A DNA stretch of 64,000 nucleotides from Chiloscyllium plagiosum (taxonomy: Eukaryota). Shown here in pieces: positions 23,155 to 36,406 of the stretch. Below the pieces are notes generated by a model, which worked only from the letters and a program-made list of their open reading frames with translations, was not told where the DNA came from and did no database searches. Within the stretch, counting starts at the first letter, position 1, and every line of letters begins with the position of its first letter. The position numbers and the translations under genes were made by a program. Location of the stretch: NCBI RefSeq assembly GCF_004010195.1, contig NC_057712.1:42533820-42597819 (forward strand), in the 5' to 3' direction.

Positions 23155-26100
23155 GCAGAACACACTACAGCGTAGTGCAGGCCTTCAGCCCTCGATGTAG
23201 CACCAACTTGTGAAACCAGTTTGAAGTCCATCCAACCTACACTATTCCATTTTCATCCATAAGTTTATCCAATGAACATTTAAATGTCATTAAAATTGGC
23301 GAGTCTACAACTGTTGCAGGCACGGCATTCCAAACCATTACTACTCTGAGTAAAGAAACTACCTCTGACATCTGTCCTATATCTATCATCCCTCAATTTA
23401 AAGCTATGTCTCCTCGTGCTAGGCATCACCATCCGAGGAAACAAGCTCTCTCTGTTCACCTTATCTAATCATCTTGTATGTCTCGATTAAATCACCTCTC
23501 AACCTTCTTCTCTGTAACAAAAATAGCCTCAAGTCCCTCAGCCTTTCCTCATAAGACCTTCCCTCTATACCAGGCAACATCCTGGTAAATCTCCTCTGAA
23601 TCCTTTCCAATGCTTCGACATCCTTCCTATAATGTGGTGACCAGAATTTTATGCAATATTCCAAGTGAGGCCGCACCAGTTTTGTAACTGCAACATGGTT
23701 CCAAAACTCAATCCCTCTACCAATAAATGCTAATGCAGCATAGGCCTTCTTAACAACCCGACCAACCTGGATGGCAACTTTCAGGATCTATGTACACCTA
23801 TGTACCGAGTTCTCTCTGCTCACTACACTACCAAGAACCTTACCACTAGCCCAGTACTCTATTCCTGTTGCTCCATCCAAAGTGAATCACCTCACACTTT
23901 GCTGCATTAAACTCTATTTGCCACCTCTCAGCCCAGCTCTGCAGCTCAGCTATGTCCCTCTGTAACCTGCAACATCCTTCAGCATTATTCACAACTCCGC
24001 CGACTTTAGTGCCATCCGCAAATTTACTAACCCATCATTCTACATCCTCTTCCAAGACAAACAGCAGTGGTTCCAAAACAGATCCTTGCAGTACACCACG
24101 AGTAACTGAACTCCAGGATGAATATTTCCCATCAACCACCACCCTCTGTCTTCCTTCAACCAGCCAATTTCTGATCAAAAGCGCTAAATCACCCTCAATC
24201 CCATGCCTTCGTATTTCCTGCAATAGACTACTGTGGAGAACCTTATCAAATGTTTTACTGAAATCCATATACACCACATCAACCGCTTTACCCTCATCCA
24301 CCTGTTTATTCATCTTCTCAAAAAACTCAGTAAGGTTTGTGAGGCACAACCTAGCCTTCACAAAACCAAGTTTACTATCCCCAATCAAATTATTCCTTTC
24401 TAGAATATCATAAATCCTACCTCTTATAATCCTTTCCAATACTTTACCCATAACCGAAGTAAGGCTCACTGGTCTATAATTACCAGGATTGTCTCTACTC
24501 CCCTTCTTGAACAAGGGGACAACATTTGCTATCCTCCAGTCTTCTGGCACTATTCCTTTGGACAATTAAGACATACAGATCAAAGCCAGATGTTCTGCAA
24601 TCACCTCCCTACCTTCCGAGAGAATCCTAGGATAAATGCCATCCAGCCCAGGAGACTTCCCTATTTTCACACTTTACAGAATTGCTAACACCTCCTATGA
24701 ACCTCAATCCGGTCTAATAGCCTGTATCTCAGTATTCTTAACCTCCTATCTCCTTGGACTCCACGTACAACTTCCCACTACTGTCCCTGACTGGCCCTAA
24801 TCTTACTTTTATTCCTGAAATACCCGTAGAAAGCTTTAAGGTTTTCCCTGAATCTAACTGCCAAAGACTACTTTTGTCCCCTTTTGACTCTTCTTTGCTC
24901 TCTCTTTAGGTCCTTCCTAGCTAACTTGTAACTCTCAAGCACCCTAACTGAGCCTTTACGTCTCATCCTAACCTAAGCCGCCATCTTCCTGTTGACAAGA
25001 GCTTAACTTCTTTAGTGACCACAGCTCTCTTCTCAAACACTTCCTCCCTGCCTGACAGGTACATACTTATCAAGAACAATCAGTAGCTGTTCCTTGAATA
25101 AGCTCCACATTTCAATCGTGCCCATCCCATGCAACTTCCTTCCCCATCCTATGCATCCTAAATCTTGCCTAATTGCATCATAATTGCTTTTCCCCAGCTA
25201 TAACTCTTGCCCTTTGGCATATACCTATCCCTTTCCATCACTGAAGTAAATGTAGCCTAATTGTGGTCACGATCACCAAAGTGCTCACCTCCCTCCAAAT
25301 CTAACATTCGGCCTGGTTCATTACCCAAATCCAATAATGACCTCTTGTTGGACTACCTACATACTGTGTCAGGAAACCCTCCTGCACACATTGGACAAAA
25401 AATGACCCATCTAAAGTACTCAAAATATAGCATTTCCAGTCAATACTTGGAAAGTTAAAGTCCCCCATAACAACTACCCTGTTACTTTCATTCCTATCCA
25501 GAATCATCTTTGCGATCCTTTCCTCTCCATCTCTTGAACTATTCAGAGGCCTATAGAAAACTCCCAACAGGGTGACCTCTCCTTTCCTGTTTGTAACTTC
25601 AGCCCATACAACCTCAGTAGATGAGTCCTCATCAAACGTCTTTACTGCCACAGTAATACTGTCCTTGACTAAGAATGCCATCCCCCCACCCTTTTACCAC
25701 CTTCTTTGTTCTTACTGAAACATCTAAACCCCAGAACCTGCAACAAACATTCCTGTCCCTGTTCTATCAATGTCTCCAAAATGGTCACAACATCGAAGTC
25801 CCAGATACCAGCCCATGCTGCAGGTTCACCCGCCTTGTTATGGATGCTCCTGGCATTGAAGTAGACACGCTTCAAACCACCGTCTTGCCTGCTGGTACAC
25901 TCTTGCAACCGTGAAACCTTATTAATGACCTCACTACTCTCAACCTTCTGTACACCGGAGCTACAATTCAGGTTCCCATCCCCCTGCTGAATTAGTTTAA
26001 ATCTTCCTGAAGAGCATTACCAAATTTCTCCCCCAGGATATTGGGAGACCATTCCGTTTGTCGAGGTCCCACCTACCCTAGAATGAGCCCCAATTATCCA

Positions 26101-27340
26101 GGTATCCGAATCTCTCTCTCCTGCACCATCCCTGTAGCCACGTGTTCAACTCCTCTCTCTCCGTATTCCTCTCCTCATCAGCACGTGGCTCGGGTAACAA
26201 ACCAGAGATAACAACTCTGTTTGTCCTAGCTCTAAGCTTCCACCCTCGCTCCCTGAATTTCTGCCTTACATCCCCATCCCTTTTCCTACCTATGTCATTG
26301 ATGTCTATGTGGACCACGACTTGGGGCTGCTCCCCCTTCCCCTTAAGGACCTTGAAAACACGATCTGAGACATCACAAACCCTGGCACCTCGGAGGCAAT
26401 ACACCAACTGCGAGTCTCTCTCTCCCACAGAATCCCCTCTCTGTCCCCCTAACTACGGAGTTCCTAATGACTAATGCTTTGCTCCTCTCCCCCCTACCCT
26501 TCTGAACAACAGGGACAGACTCTGTGCCAGAGATCTGTACCCCATGGCTTATCCTGGAAGTCATCGCACTCAACAGTATCCAAAACGGTACACTTGTTAT
26601 TGAAGGGAACAACCACAGGTATCCCTGCACTGTCTGCCTGTTCCGTTTCCATCCCCTGACTATAACCAATCTACTCGGAGAAAGTGAGGACTACAGATGC
26701 TGGAGATCAGAGTTGAGAGTGTGGTGCTGGAAAAGCACAGCAGGTCAGGCAACATCTGAGGAGCAGGAGAATCGTCATTTTGGGATGATCAGGAATAAGG
26801 CTTGTGGGCCATTGGGCTGAGACATAAATGGAAGGGAGGTGAGAATGCAATAGGTAGATGAAAGTGGGGATGAAGGTGATAGGTTGGAGAGGAGGGTGGA
26901 GCAGATAGCTAAGAAAGGTGATGGACAGGTCAAGAGGGCTGTGCCGAGTTGGAGGCTGGGAATGGGATCAGTAACCCATCTACCTTTTTGCCTGTACCAG
27001 AGGTGTGACTACCTCCCTATAACTCCTTTCAATTACGCCCCAGCCTCCCGAATGATCCGAAGTTCATCCAGCTCCAGTTCTCAAACACAGTTTTCCAAGG
27101 AGCTGGATTTGGGTGCGCTTCCCGCAGATGAAGTTGGGGACACACAAGTGGTGACCCTTACCTCTCACATTCTACAGGAGGAGCATTCAACTGCCCTAAC
27201 ATCCATTCCTACTGTTCTGAATTCCCAAAGAGACTATTAAAAAAAAAACAGTAACCTTACCAATCCGGTACACAGAACCTTTTTTTTGATTAGGGGAGTA
27301 GGTTGGGTGGGAGACACTGCCTAAGTAGTGCTTCTGTGTA
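23155..27340 (-). mobile_element. Nearly full-length, inactivated CR1 LINE (ORF1 Zn-finger + SGNH esterase; ORF2 APE + RT)
   Basis: ORF1 start MDVRAVECSSCRM...ICGK near 27200; esterase QPQVVVHIDINDI at 26078-26428; APE YFNARSI and MGDFNFP; RT YMDFSKTFDKV; many frameshifts. Confidence 0.92.
26675..26971 (-). mobile_element. Penelope-like 3' fragment inserted into CR1 ORF1
   Basis: Interrupts the CR1; flanked by TAACCAATCTAC / TAACCCATCTAC direct repeats; reverse complement matches 11190-11255. Confidence 0.7.
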
Positions 27341-27344
27341 AAAC

Positions 27345-27962
27345 AAAACTTGCCTCTCACATCTTCATTACACTTATCCCTTTTTATATTGACATTTCTA
27401 CACTGGGAAAAAGACTCCAATTATCGATTCTAACTATACTTCTCATAATTTTATAAACTTCTGTCAGGTCGCCCCTCAACCTTCAAGTGAAAACAAACCA
27501 AGTTTGCCCAATCTCTCCTCATAGCTAATACCTCCCAAACAGGCAAAATCCTGGTAAACTGTTTCTGTACCGTCTTCAAAGTCTCCACATTCTTTTAGTA
27601 GTTTGGCAACCAGAACTGCACACAATATTCCAAATGTGGCCTCACTGCAGTGTTATATGGCTGCAACATGACTTACCGATTTTTATACCCTATACCCCGA
27701 CTGATAAAGACAAACATGCCAAATGCCTTCTTGACCACCTTATCCATTTATGTGGCCACTTTCAGGGAAATGTGGACCTGTATGCTTAGATCCTGATGAA
27801 AGTTGATGAGACTTCGGGGTTCTGCCATTTACTGTTTACTTCCCTCCTGCATTAGATCTCCCAAAATGTATCACATTTGTCCTGATTAAACTCCACCTGC
27901 CATTTCTGCACCCAAGTCTCCAACCTATCCATATCCTGCTGTAGTCTCTGGCAATCCTCCTC
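27345..27962 (-). mobile_element. CR1 LINE 3' fragment
   Basis: Reverse-complement CR1 ORF2 C-terminal motifs (HLEYCVQFW). Confidence 0.75.
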
Positions 27963-28087
27963 ATTGTCGAAGGAGCTTTGGTGAGTTGCTGCAGACAGTA
28001 CACACTATTGCCACAGTGTGCGCAATGGTGGAATAAGTGAACATTTAATATGAAGAAAGGTTGAACAGGTTAAGTCTATTCCATTGG

Positions 28088-28310
28088 AGGTCAGTTAGTT
28101 CAGTTGGTTGATTGGCAGGTTTGTAATGCAGAGAAATGCCAACAATATGGATTCAAATCTCACACTTGCTGAGGTTACCATATAGGACTCTTCTTTTCAC
28201 CCTAACCTTTTCCTGAGGTGTGATGACGCTTAGGTTAAACCACCATTAGTTGTCTCTTTCTAACGAAGGAGTAGCCCTATGGTCTATTAAGACTATGGTG
28301 GCTTCAACTT
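28088..28310 (+). mobile_element. tRNA-derived SINE inserted in a plus-strand CR1 3' fragment (~28050-28750)
   Basis: A-box TAGTTCAGTTGG, B-box GGATTCAAATCT, terminal TATGGTC...GACTATG hairpin. Confidence 0.6.
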
Positions 28311-29392
28311 ATTATATCCACTGAAGTTTAGGACAAGAAGTGATCTTGCTGAAACATAAGCAATCTTAAGGGGAATGGCCAAGCTATCAGGAGGATGCTT
28401 CCTTTGGAGGGTAAAGTAAAACCAAGAGTCATGGTTTACGGATACAAACGAATGTTGTATGGCAAGGAGGATTTTATTTTTTCTCTCAAAGAGATGTTAA
28501 GTGCATGGAATCCTTTTCTCCAAAAAATAGTAGAGGCTAGTCTTTAAGTTTATGTAAATCTGAGTTGGATAGATATTTGATAGTCAAGGGAATCAAGGAT
28601 TATGGGGTTCAGAAAGTAGAGTTGAATCAACAACCAGATTAACTGTGATCTTATTACTGCAAACCGTGAATCATTCTCGATGCTGAGAGCCTGCCTAAGA
28701 AAGAGCAATGTTGGAGCAGGCTTGAAGGGTCAAATAACCTACTTCTATTACTATGACAGAACAGGTATTAATCAAGTGGCAGTTTTATCCTGGATAACAA
28801 CACTCCTCCAGACAAGTACAGAATATTCCTTCACATTCCTGATTTGTAGATGGAGAAAGGACTTTCTGGCAACAGGGGATGAGTTACTCACTGCAGAATT
28901 CTCAGCTCTAACCAGCTGCTGTAGCCACAGTATTTATATGGCTGGTCCAGTTCAGTTTCTGGTCAAACCCCAGGATGTTGACGGTGGGAGATTCAGCAAT
29001 GGTAAAGTCATTGAACATCAAGGCACAGTGGTTGGATTCTTTTATCTTGGAACTGAGCATTGCCTGGCACCAATGTTACTTGCCGCTTGTCACCCAAGCC
29101 TGGATGTTGTCCAGATTTTGCTTCTTATGGACATGGATGGCTTCAATATCTGAGCAGTTATGACTGGTGCTGAGAATTGTGCAATTATCAGCCCCTTCTG
29201 ACCTTATGATGAAAGGAAGGTCATTGAGGAAATAATGATGATGCCAGGGCAGTTACTTTCGCCTTGAGTTCAACTTTTTTTGTCAATGATTGGAACAAGG
29301 CTGAAATGAGTTTAGCAGCAGAATGACCTTGGTGAAACCCAAATGCACATCAGTAAGCAGGCTATTGCAGAGAAAGAATTGTTTGATATCAA

Positions 29393-32300
29393 TAGACAGT
29401 AGGTGCAAGAGTAGGCCATTCTAGCCCTTCGAGCCAGAACCACCATTCATTATGATCATGGCTGATCATCCACAATCAATATCCTGTTCCTGCCTTATCC
29501 CCATAACCCTTGATCCACAATCTTTAAGAGCTCTATCCATCTCCTTCTTGAAAGTATCCAGAGACTTGGCCTCCACTACCTTCTGGGGCACAGCATTCCA
29601 TATATCCACCACTCTCTGGGTGAATAAGTTTCTTCTCAACTCTGTTCTAAATGGCCTACCCCTTATTTTTAAATTGTGTCCTCGGATTCTGGATCACCCA
29701 TCAATGGAAAGATGCTTCCTGCTCTAGAATGTCCAATCATTTAATAATCTTGTACATCTCAATCAGATCCCCTCTCATCCTTCAAAAAATCAAGTGTATA
29801 CAAGCCCAGTCGCTCCAATCTTTCAATGTATGATAGTCCCACCATTCTGTGAATTGACCTCGTGTACCTACGCTGCACTTCCTCAATAGCCAGAATGCCC
29901 TTCCGCAAACTTGGAGACCAAAACTGCACACAATACTCCAGCTGTGGTCTCACCAGGGCCCTGTACAACTGCAGAAGGACCTCTTTGATCCTGTACTCCA
30001 TTCCTCTTGTTATGAAGGCCAGCATGCCATTAGCTTTCTTCACTACCTGCTGTACCTGCATGCTTGCTTTCATTGACTGAAGTACAAGAACACCTAGATC
30101 TCGTTGTACTGCCCCTTTACCTAACTTGACTCCATTTAGATAGTAATCTGCCTTCCTGTTCTTACCACCAAAGTGGATAACCACACATTTATCTACATTA
30201 AACTGCATCTGTCATGCATCCATCCACTCACTTAGCTTATCCAAGTCACCCTGTATTCTCATAACATCCTCCTCACGTTTTATCCTGCCACCCAGCTTTG
30301 TGTTATCAGCAATTTTTCTAATATTACTTTTAATATCTTCTTCTAATTCGTTCATGTATATTGTAAACAGCTGCAGTCCCAGCACCGAACGTTGTGGTAC
30401 TCCACTGGTCACCACCTGCCATTCCAAAAGGGACCCGTTTATCACTAATCTTTGCTTCCTGTCAGCCAGCCAATTTTCAATCCAAGTCAGTATTTTGATC
30501 CCAATACCATATACCCTAATTTTGCTGACTAATCTCCTTTGTGGGACTTTATCAAACGCTTTCTGAAAGTCCAGGTGCACTACATCCACTGGCTCTCCCT
30601 TGTCCATCTTCATAGTTACATCCTCAAAAAATTACAGAGGATTAGTCAAGCATGATTTCCCCTTCGTAAATCCATGTTGACTCTAACCTATTCTGTTACT
30701 GTTATCCAAATGAGTCGTAATTTCATCTTTTATAGTTGACTCCAGCATCTTTCCCACCACTGACTTCAAGCTAATCTGTCTGTAATTCCCTGTTTCCCTC
30801 TCCCTCCTTTCTTGAAAAGTGGGACAACATTAGTCACCCTCCAATTTGTAGGAACTGATCCAGAATCGATAGAACATTGGAAAATGTACCAATGCGTCCA
30901 TGATTTCTAAAGCCACCTCCTTAAGTACCCTGGGATGCAGACCATCAGGTCCTGGGGACTTAGCTTTCAGACCTAACAATCTATCCAACACCATTTCCTG
31001 CCTAATATAAATTCTCTTCAGTTCATCCATTACCCTAGGTCCTTCAGTCACTATTACATTTGGGAGATTACGTGTGTCTTCCCCAGTCAAGACAGAACCA
31101 AAGTACCTATTCAACTCTTCTGCCATTTCCTTGCTCCCCAAAATAAATTCAGCCATTTCTGTCTTCAAGGACCCAAATGTAGTCTTAACCATTTTTTTTC
31201 TTTTCACATACCTAAAAAATTTTTAGTATCCTCCTTTATATTTTTGGCCAATTTACCTACGTATCTCACTTTTTCTCCGCATATTGCCTTTTAAGTTATC
31301 CTCTGTTGCTCTTTAAACGTTTCCCAGTCCTACAGCTTCCCGCTCATCTTTCCTATGTTATACTTCTTCTCTTTAATCTTTATACAGTCCTTAACTTCCC
31401 TCGTCAGCCACGGCCACTCCTGTCTCCCCTTATGATCTTTCTTCCTCTTTGGAATGAGCTGATCCTGCACCTTCTGCATTATATCCAGAAATACCTGCCA
31501 TTGTTGTTCCACTGCCATCCCTGCTAGGGTACTGAAACTTTGAACTGTGGCCAGGTTCTCCCTCATAGCTCCATAGTTCCCTTTGTTCAACTGCAATACT
31601 GACACTTCCGATTCTCCCTTCTCCCTCTCAAATTGCAAATTAAAACTTATCATATTATGGTCACTACCTCCTAATGGCTCCTTTACTTCGAGGTCCCTGA
31701 TCAAATCTGTCCTTTCAATAGCACAACAGATCCAGAACTGCCATCTCCTTGGTAAGCTCCAGTACAAGCTGTTCTAAGAATCCATCGCGGAGGCACTCCA
31801 CAAACTCCCTTTCTTCGAATCCAGTACCATCCTGATTCTCCCAGTCTACCTGCACGTTTAAATCCCCCATAACAACTATAGTAATACCTTTGCAACAGGC
31901 CAATTTCAACTCCTTATTCAACTTGCACCCTTGCACTTGCAGACTACTGTTTGGGGGCCTGTAGATAACTCCCATTAGGGTCTTTCTACCCTTAGAATTT
32001 TTCAGCTCTATCCATACTGACTCTACATCTCCTGATTCTATGTCCCCCCTCGCAAGGGACTGAACATCATTCCTCACCAACAGGACCACCCCACTCCCTC
32101 TGTCTGTCAGTCTGTCCTTTCGATAGCACATTTAGCCTTGAATATTCTTTTCCCAGGCCCTGTCCACTTGAAGCCATGTCTCAATTATCCCCACATCATC
32201 GTGCCAATTCCCAACTGAGCCTCAAGCTCATCCACCTGATTTCTTATGTTTAGTGCATTCATATATAATATTTTTAATTTGTTACTCCTCTCACCCTTCC

Positions 32301-32440
32301 TATCAATCCCTATTTCACTTGATCATACTGTATGATCCCTCCTTGGGTTTTCTGCTCCGTTGATTCTGTTGTCTTTCTTAATTTCTCTTATTCTCACTTT
32401 CCCTTTAACTTCCTTCTTAAATTTTCAGTTTGCCCCCTCT
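29393..32440 (-). mobile_element. CR1 LINE, complete but broken ORF2 (APE+RT) and 3' UTR
   Basis: GVIYRPPNS, MGDLN, SPGPDGLHPRVLKE, HLDFQKAFDKVP, LEYCVQFWSP. Confidence 0.94.
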
Positions 32441-33249
32441 TATAACTGATTATGACAGCTCCCATCACTATGCTAATGATCGAGAGTAGAAAGATGGAAT
32501 GGTAACTGGGCCGGATGGATTTGTCCTGCTTTTTGTGGACAGAGCATACCTGAGCAATTTTCCACATTGCTGGGGAGGTATGTTATAGCTATACTGGAAT
32601 AGCTTGGCTAGGGATACAATTGCCTTTGGAGCTGAGGTCATCAGTCCTACCACTAGAATGCTGACATGGTCCATAGACTTTGCTGCATCCAATGCCTTTA
32701 GCCATTCCTTGATGTCACATGGAGTGAATCTATTTGTCTGAAGATTGGCATCTGTGATGCTCAGAATTTCAGAAGGAGGCTGAGATGCATTTACACTTTG
32801 CACTCCTGGCTGTAGATAGTTGTAAATACTTCAGCCTTCTATGTTCATCATTGATGGTGATAATGCTTGGAATCTCCTCCTACACTTAGATTAATTACCT
32901 AATGCAAACATGACTAAGTGTAACAGGAAGACTGAAGAGAATGAGGTCAAATATGTCTTTCCCTCTTGTTGGTTGCTTATTACCTGTTGCATGCTCACTC
33001 TAGCAGTTATGTCCTTCAGGACTTGACCAGCTTGAAGTAGTGCTGTCAAGCCACTCTTGGTGATGGATATTGAAATTGCCCACTCAGATACATTTTGAGA
33101 CCTTTCTATCTCCAGTTTTTTTCCAAGTGGTGATCAATATGGAGGCACATCAATTTATAGGCTCAATGAAGGTGGTTGGGAGTAATAAGCAGGAGGTTTT
33201 CTTGCCCTGTTTGACCTGATGCTAACAGACATTTAGGGAAAAACTTACA

Positions 33250-33628
33250 GGTAGTGATAACATCACTGGACTAATAATCTAAAGGCCAAGGCCAAGGCTA
33301 AGGCTGTGGGGCAAGGATTCAATTCCCAATATGGCAGCTGGTGGAATTTATAAATCAGTTCACAAATCTGCAAAACCTAAAAGTAATGGTGACATGAAAG
33401 CATTAATATTGTGAAAGCGCATCTGGTTCCCTCATATCATTTGGGGAAGGGCACCTAACATCCTTACCTGGTCTCACCAGTGTGGGACAAACCCACAGTA
33501 ATGTGGCTGGCTCTCACGACCCTCTGAACTGGCCCAGCAAGTCACTCTATTCAAGGGTAATCAGCAATAGTCAACAAATGCTGGCCTTGTCAATGATACT
33601 CACATTCCATGATAGAATTAAAAAAAAG
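33250..33628 (+). mobile_element. tRNA-derived SINE with LINE-derived tail
   Basis: Head GTAGTGATAACATCACTGGACTA...GGATTCAATTCCC; tail CAAATGCTGGCC...CACATTCCATGA followed by poly(A). Confidence 0.7.
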
Positions 33629-34279
33629 TCATGGGGCCAAGCTCAGGATTCTCAAAGAAACTCCTTCCTGACTCTACACCACTGTGGTGGGACAGAAAAT
33701 ACCTAGGGATGGTGAAGGAAGATTCTGGGATTTCAGCTGTAAGATATAAGCTGGTAAACATCACTAAGTCAGGATGTCTGATTAGTCCATGGGACAACCC
33801 TCCCAATTTCAACACAGGACCCCAGGTAACAAAAAAGACTCTGCACAGCCAACTGATATGCCATGTGATTGATACTTCAGATGTCTCAGTCAATGCTGTG
33901 TGGTTTATCTGGCTTTACTCCTGTTTTTCTGTAGTTAGGAGTTGAATGGCTTTCCACCCCATTTCAATGGGCAATTATGTATCAATTTTATTGCTGTTTA
34001 ATCGACTCCAATGATGACCAAACAGGGAGATAAGTTTTCACAAAGCTACTGACAGATTGGAAGAACTGAGATAAAAATTCAAGTTTAATCTGGTCTCTGC
34101 CCCTTGTTTGAAGTTGCTGTATAATTTAAATGATTTCATTTGCCATCAACATCACTATTACATTGACAGTAAATTTCTGACCCATTATTCAAAGTTCATT
34201 TTACACTCAAGCTCAAAATGGAAGTCACTGAAAATGAACAGATGTTACAACATCAAAGATTATTTAGATCAACACTTAC

Positions 34280-34406
34280 TTGACCTTCCTTTATCAATGA
34301 CAGGAATTTGGGATGCAATCTGGGTTGGTTCCGCAGCTTTCCTCTTGTATGTTTTTGTTACTTTATCCACATCTGGCTGCTTTCTGGTCATTTCCTCCAT
34401 GAAAGA
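34280..34406 (-). CDS. DST: DST exon (127 nt): [23 protein letters not shown]...[11 protein letters not shown]
   Basis: cctag|TCT ... CAA|gtaagt, phase 0/1. Confidence 0.95.
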
Positions 34407-34544
34407 CTAGGGTTAAAATTTTTAAAATTAAAATGTGAGGGTATTATTAGCAAAAGAAGCTTGCTCCACTTCCCAATGTTCTTTCTTCTTATATAGAGGT
34501 AAAGTTATCTTTTTTTGTCTCTATTTCTAGGGATAGTTATCAAT

Positions 34545-35930
34545 TAATTTTCACTGCAGGTCAACAGGCAGCAAAAACTACCCTGAGTAAACCCTCTCAC
34601 ACCTTGCTTCTGGTAAGGACTCTATTCCATTCTCCTAACATTCCCATCTCTCGTGTTGTTTTCAGATGATTCAACCTTTTACACTAGCGCTTACAATATG
34701 TCTTTTGTTTTTCCTTCACCAAGGAATACCCATGTTTGACAGGACTCTCCACCATATCCATGCCATTTCACCCACCTCTGCTTTGATCCAATTCCCTCAC
34801 TCCTAAAACATGATAGGATTCTCCTTGTCCTCATTTGCCTTTGACATCATCCAACCACCAAAACTGATGTTGTCCTGTTCTCCCTTTACAGCAATCCAAA
34901 GTGGTCCTTTCCTCTGTAATGTCCTGATCCACTTCTCAACCAACTCAAAACCCCACTCACCTTTCTGACAGCATCTTTGCATGCAAGCATAGGAGATGTG
35001 ATATCAATATATTTACACTTTTCTTTCTCAATTGCCTAGACAGTGATTTATTTGAACTTTTTTAATTCATTCATTTTAGCATTCATTGCTCATCAATCTT
35101 TACTGCACTGTCAGAAATCACACAACACCAAGTTATAGTCCAACAGGTTTATTTAAAATCACAAGCTTTCAGAGCTTGGCCCCTTCGTCAGGAAAAGTCA
35201 GTGAAGGAGTAGCAGTCTGAAAGCTTGTGGTTTCAAATAAACCTGTTGGACTATAACCTGGTGTCGTGTGATTTCTGACTTTGTCCACCCCAGTCCAATA
35301 TCGGCACCTCCACATCATGATTCTACTTCACTGAACAGACAAAATGTAGACTGGGTGACCGCTTTGGGTCTTCAGTTGTAAGCATGAACCTGAGCTCCTC
35401 ATTGCTTGTCATTCCAATCCACCACCTTGCTCCCTCTCCTTCTGTCCTTAGCCTATCATGTTCCAACAGACCTCAAGGCAAGTTTGACGAACAGCTTCTC
35501 ATCTTATGACTCAATAATTTTAAGTTCAATAATTTTAGTTTATAACCTCTGCTTTGACTATGTTTTGTTCACACTTATTTCTTCATTCCTTAACTTGCAT
35601 TTGGTTTGCTGTCACTTTGTAACAAGCTATGCAACCATTCACTTATTATTTGGATACATTTTTATTCTTTACAATCACCTGTACCTCTGGCTTTTGCATC
35701 ATTTACATTTATATTTAATCTGCCACTCACTGCGTCACAAACATAATCTTTTCTTCTTACTCCTCTTGCACCTCTAAACCTATTACATTTTCATCTTTCT
35801 TCCATTCTGATGCAAGGTTACTGACTTGAAACTCTAACTCTATTTCTCTCCACTGATGCTGTCTAACTTGCTGAGGATTTTCAGCATTTTGCACTTTTAG
35901 TTCAGATTTCCAGCACTGGCAGTATTCTGT
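34545..35930 (+). mobile_element. Decayed Penelope-like element (RT C-terminus, GIY-YIG region, terminal repeat with hammerhead relic)
   Basis: Degenerate KDSIPFS (~34615) and RLGDRF (~35348) motifs; terminal CTGATGCAAGGTTACTGACTTGAAAC at 35807 followed by a typical pseudo-LTR (pLTR) tail. Confidence 0.65.
35110..35323. mobile_element. Palindromic Penelope-type mini-element (family C) with hammerhead core
   Basis: Inverted repeat 35110-35279; minus-strand CTGACGA-A-GGGGC-CAA-GCTCT-GAAAGCTT; flanking TACTGCACTG / TACTTCACTG; homologous to 61156-61373. Confidence 0.8.
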
Positions 35931-36406
35931 TTGGGAGTTTGCATGTAATGGGTTGCAAGCAGCTGTACTTCACAAGCTCATTCAAAAGGCTAGTCTTCAT
36001 ATATGAGCCTAACTGGTGATTTCTGTCAATCTACCTCATCACATGGAATATAGATCCATGAAATATTTTAAAACCAAATGTTGTTCTTATTAATTGCCCT
36101 GAAGTAACAAACACACCAACAAAATGATTATATGTAAGCACACGACTGATCTAATGCCTTTCAAATGCGAGAGATGCAGACATCATTATATCATGGAGGA
36201 CATTTTGAAGCTTTGATACTCCTGAACCACCCATGTCTCAGTTCCACTTTCCAGCAACTTTGAAAGAACTGTCTGGTGTAATAAATGAAGAAGAATGCAG
36301 TATTATATCACCAAGGTAAAACCTACATCAATTGTTAGCATCTTGCTAAGTGTATCTGGATATTATTAAGTGTACAAGCTCAGCTTCTAAATTCAATAGT
36401 GATTAC

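Larger units (their letters stand above)
27965..33950 (-). mobile_element. Old CR1-superfamily LINE (same lineage as 17960-19400), fragmented by younger insertions
   Basis: Collinear pieces at 27965-28050, 28765-29390, 32440-33230 and 33630-33950 (APE: PDLVMFT.LYLTAEIPESSFTIPRYFLSH). Confidence 0.7.

Noticed and set aside
22694-23231. Overlapping 99-156 aa ORFs as a nested gene
   Set aside because: No recognisable domain; explained by local GC richness and run-in to the CR1 tail
20716-32131. RT/endonuclease ORFs as functional genes or a retron-like system
   Set aside because: They are frameshifted, stop-riddled fragments of CR1 LINE ORF1/ORF2 inside introns
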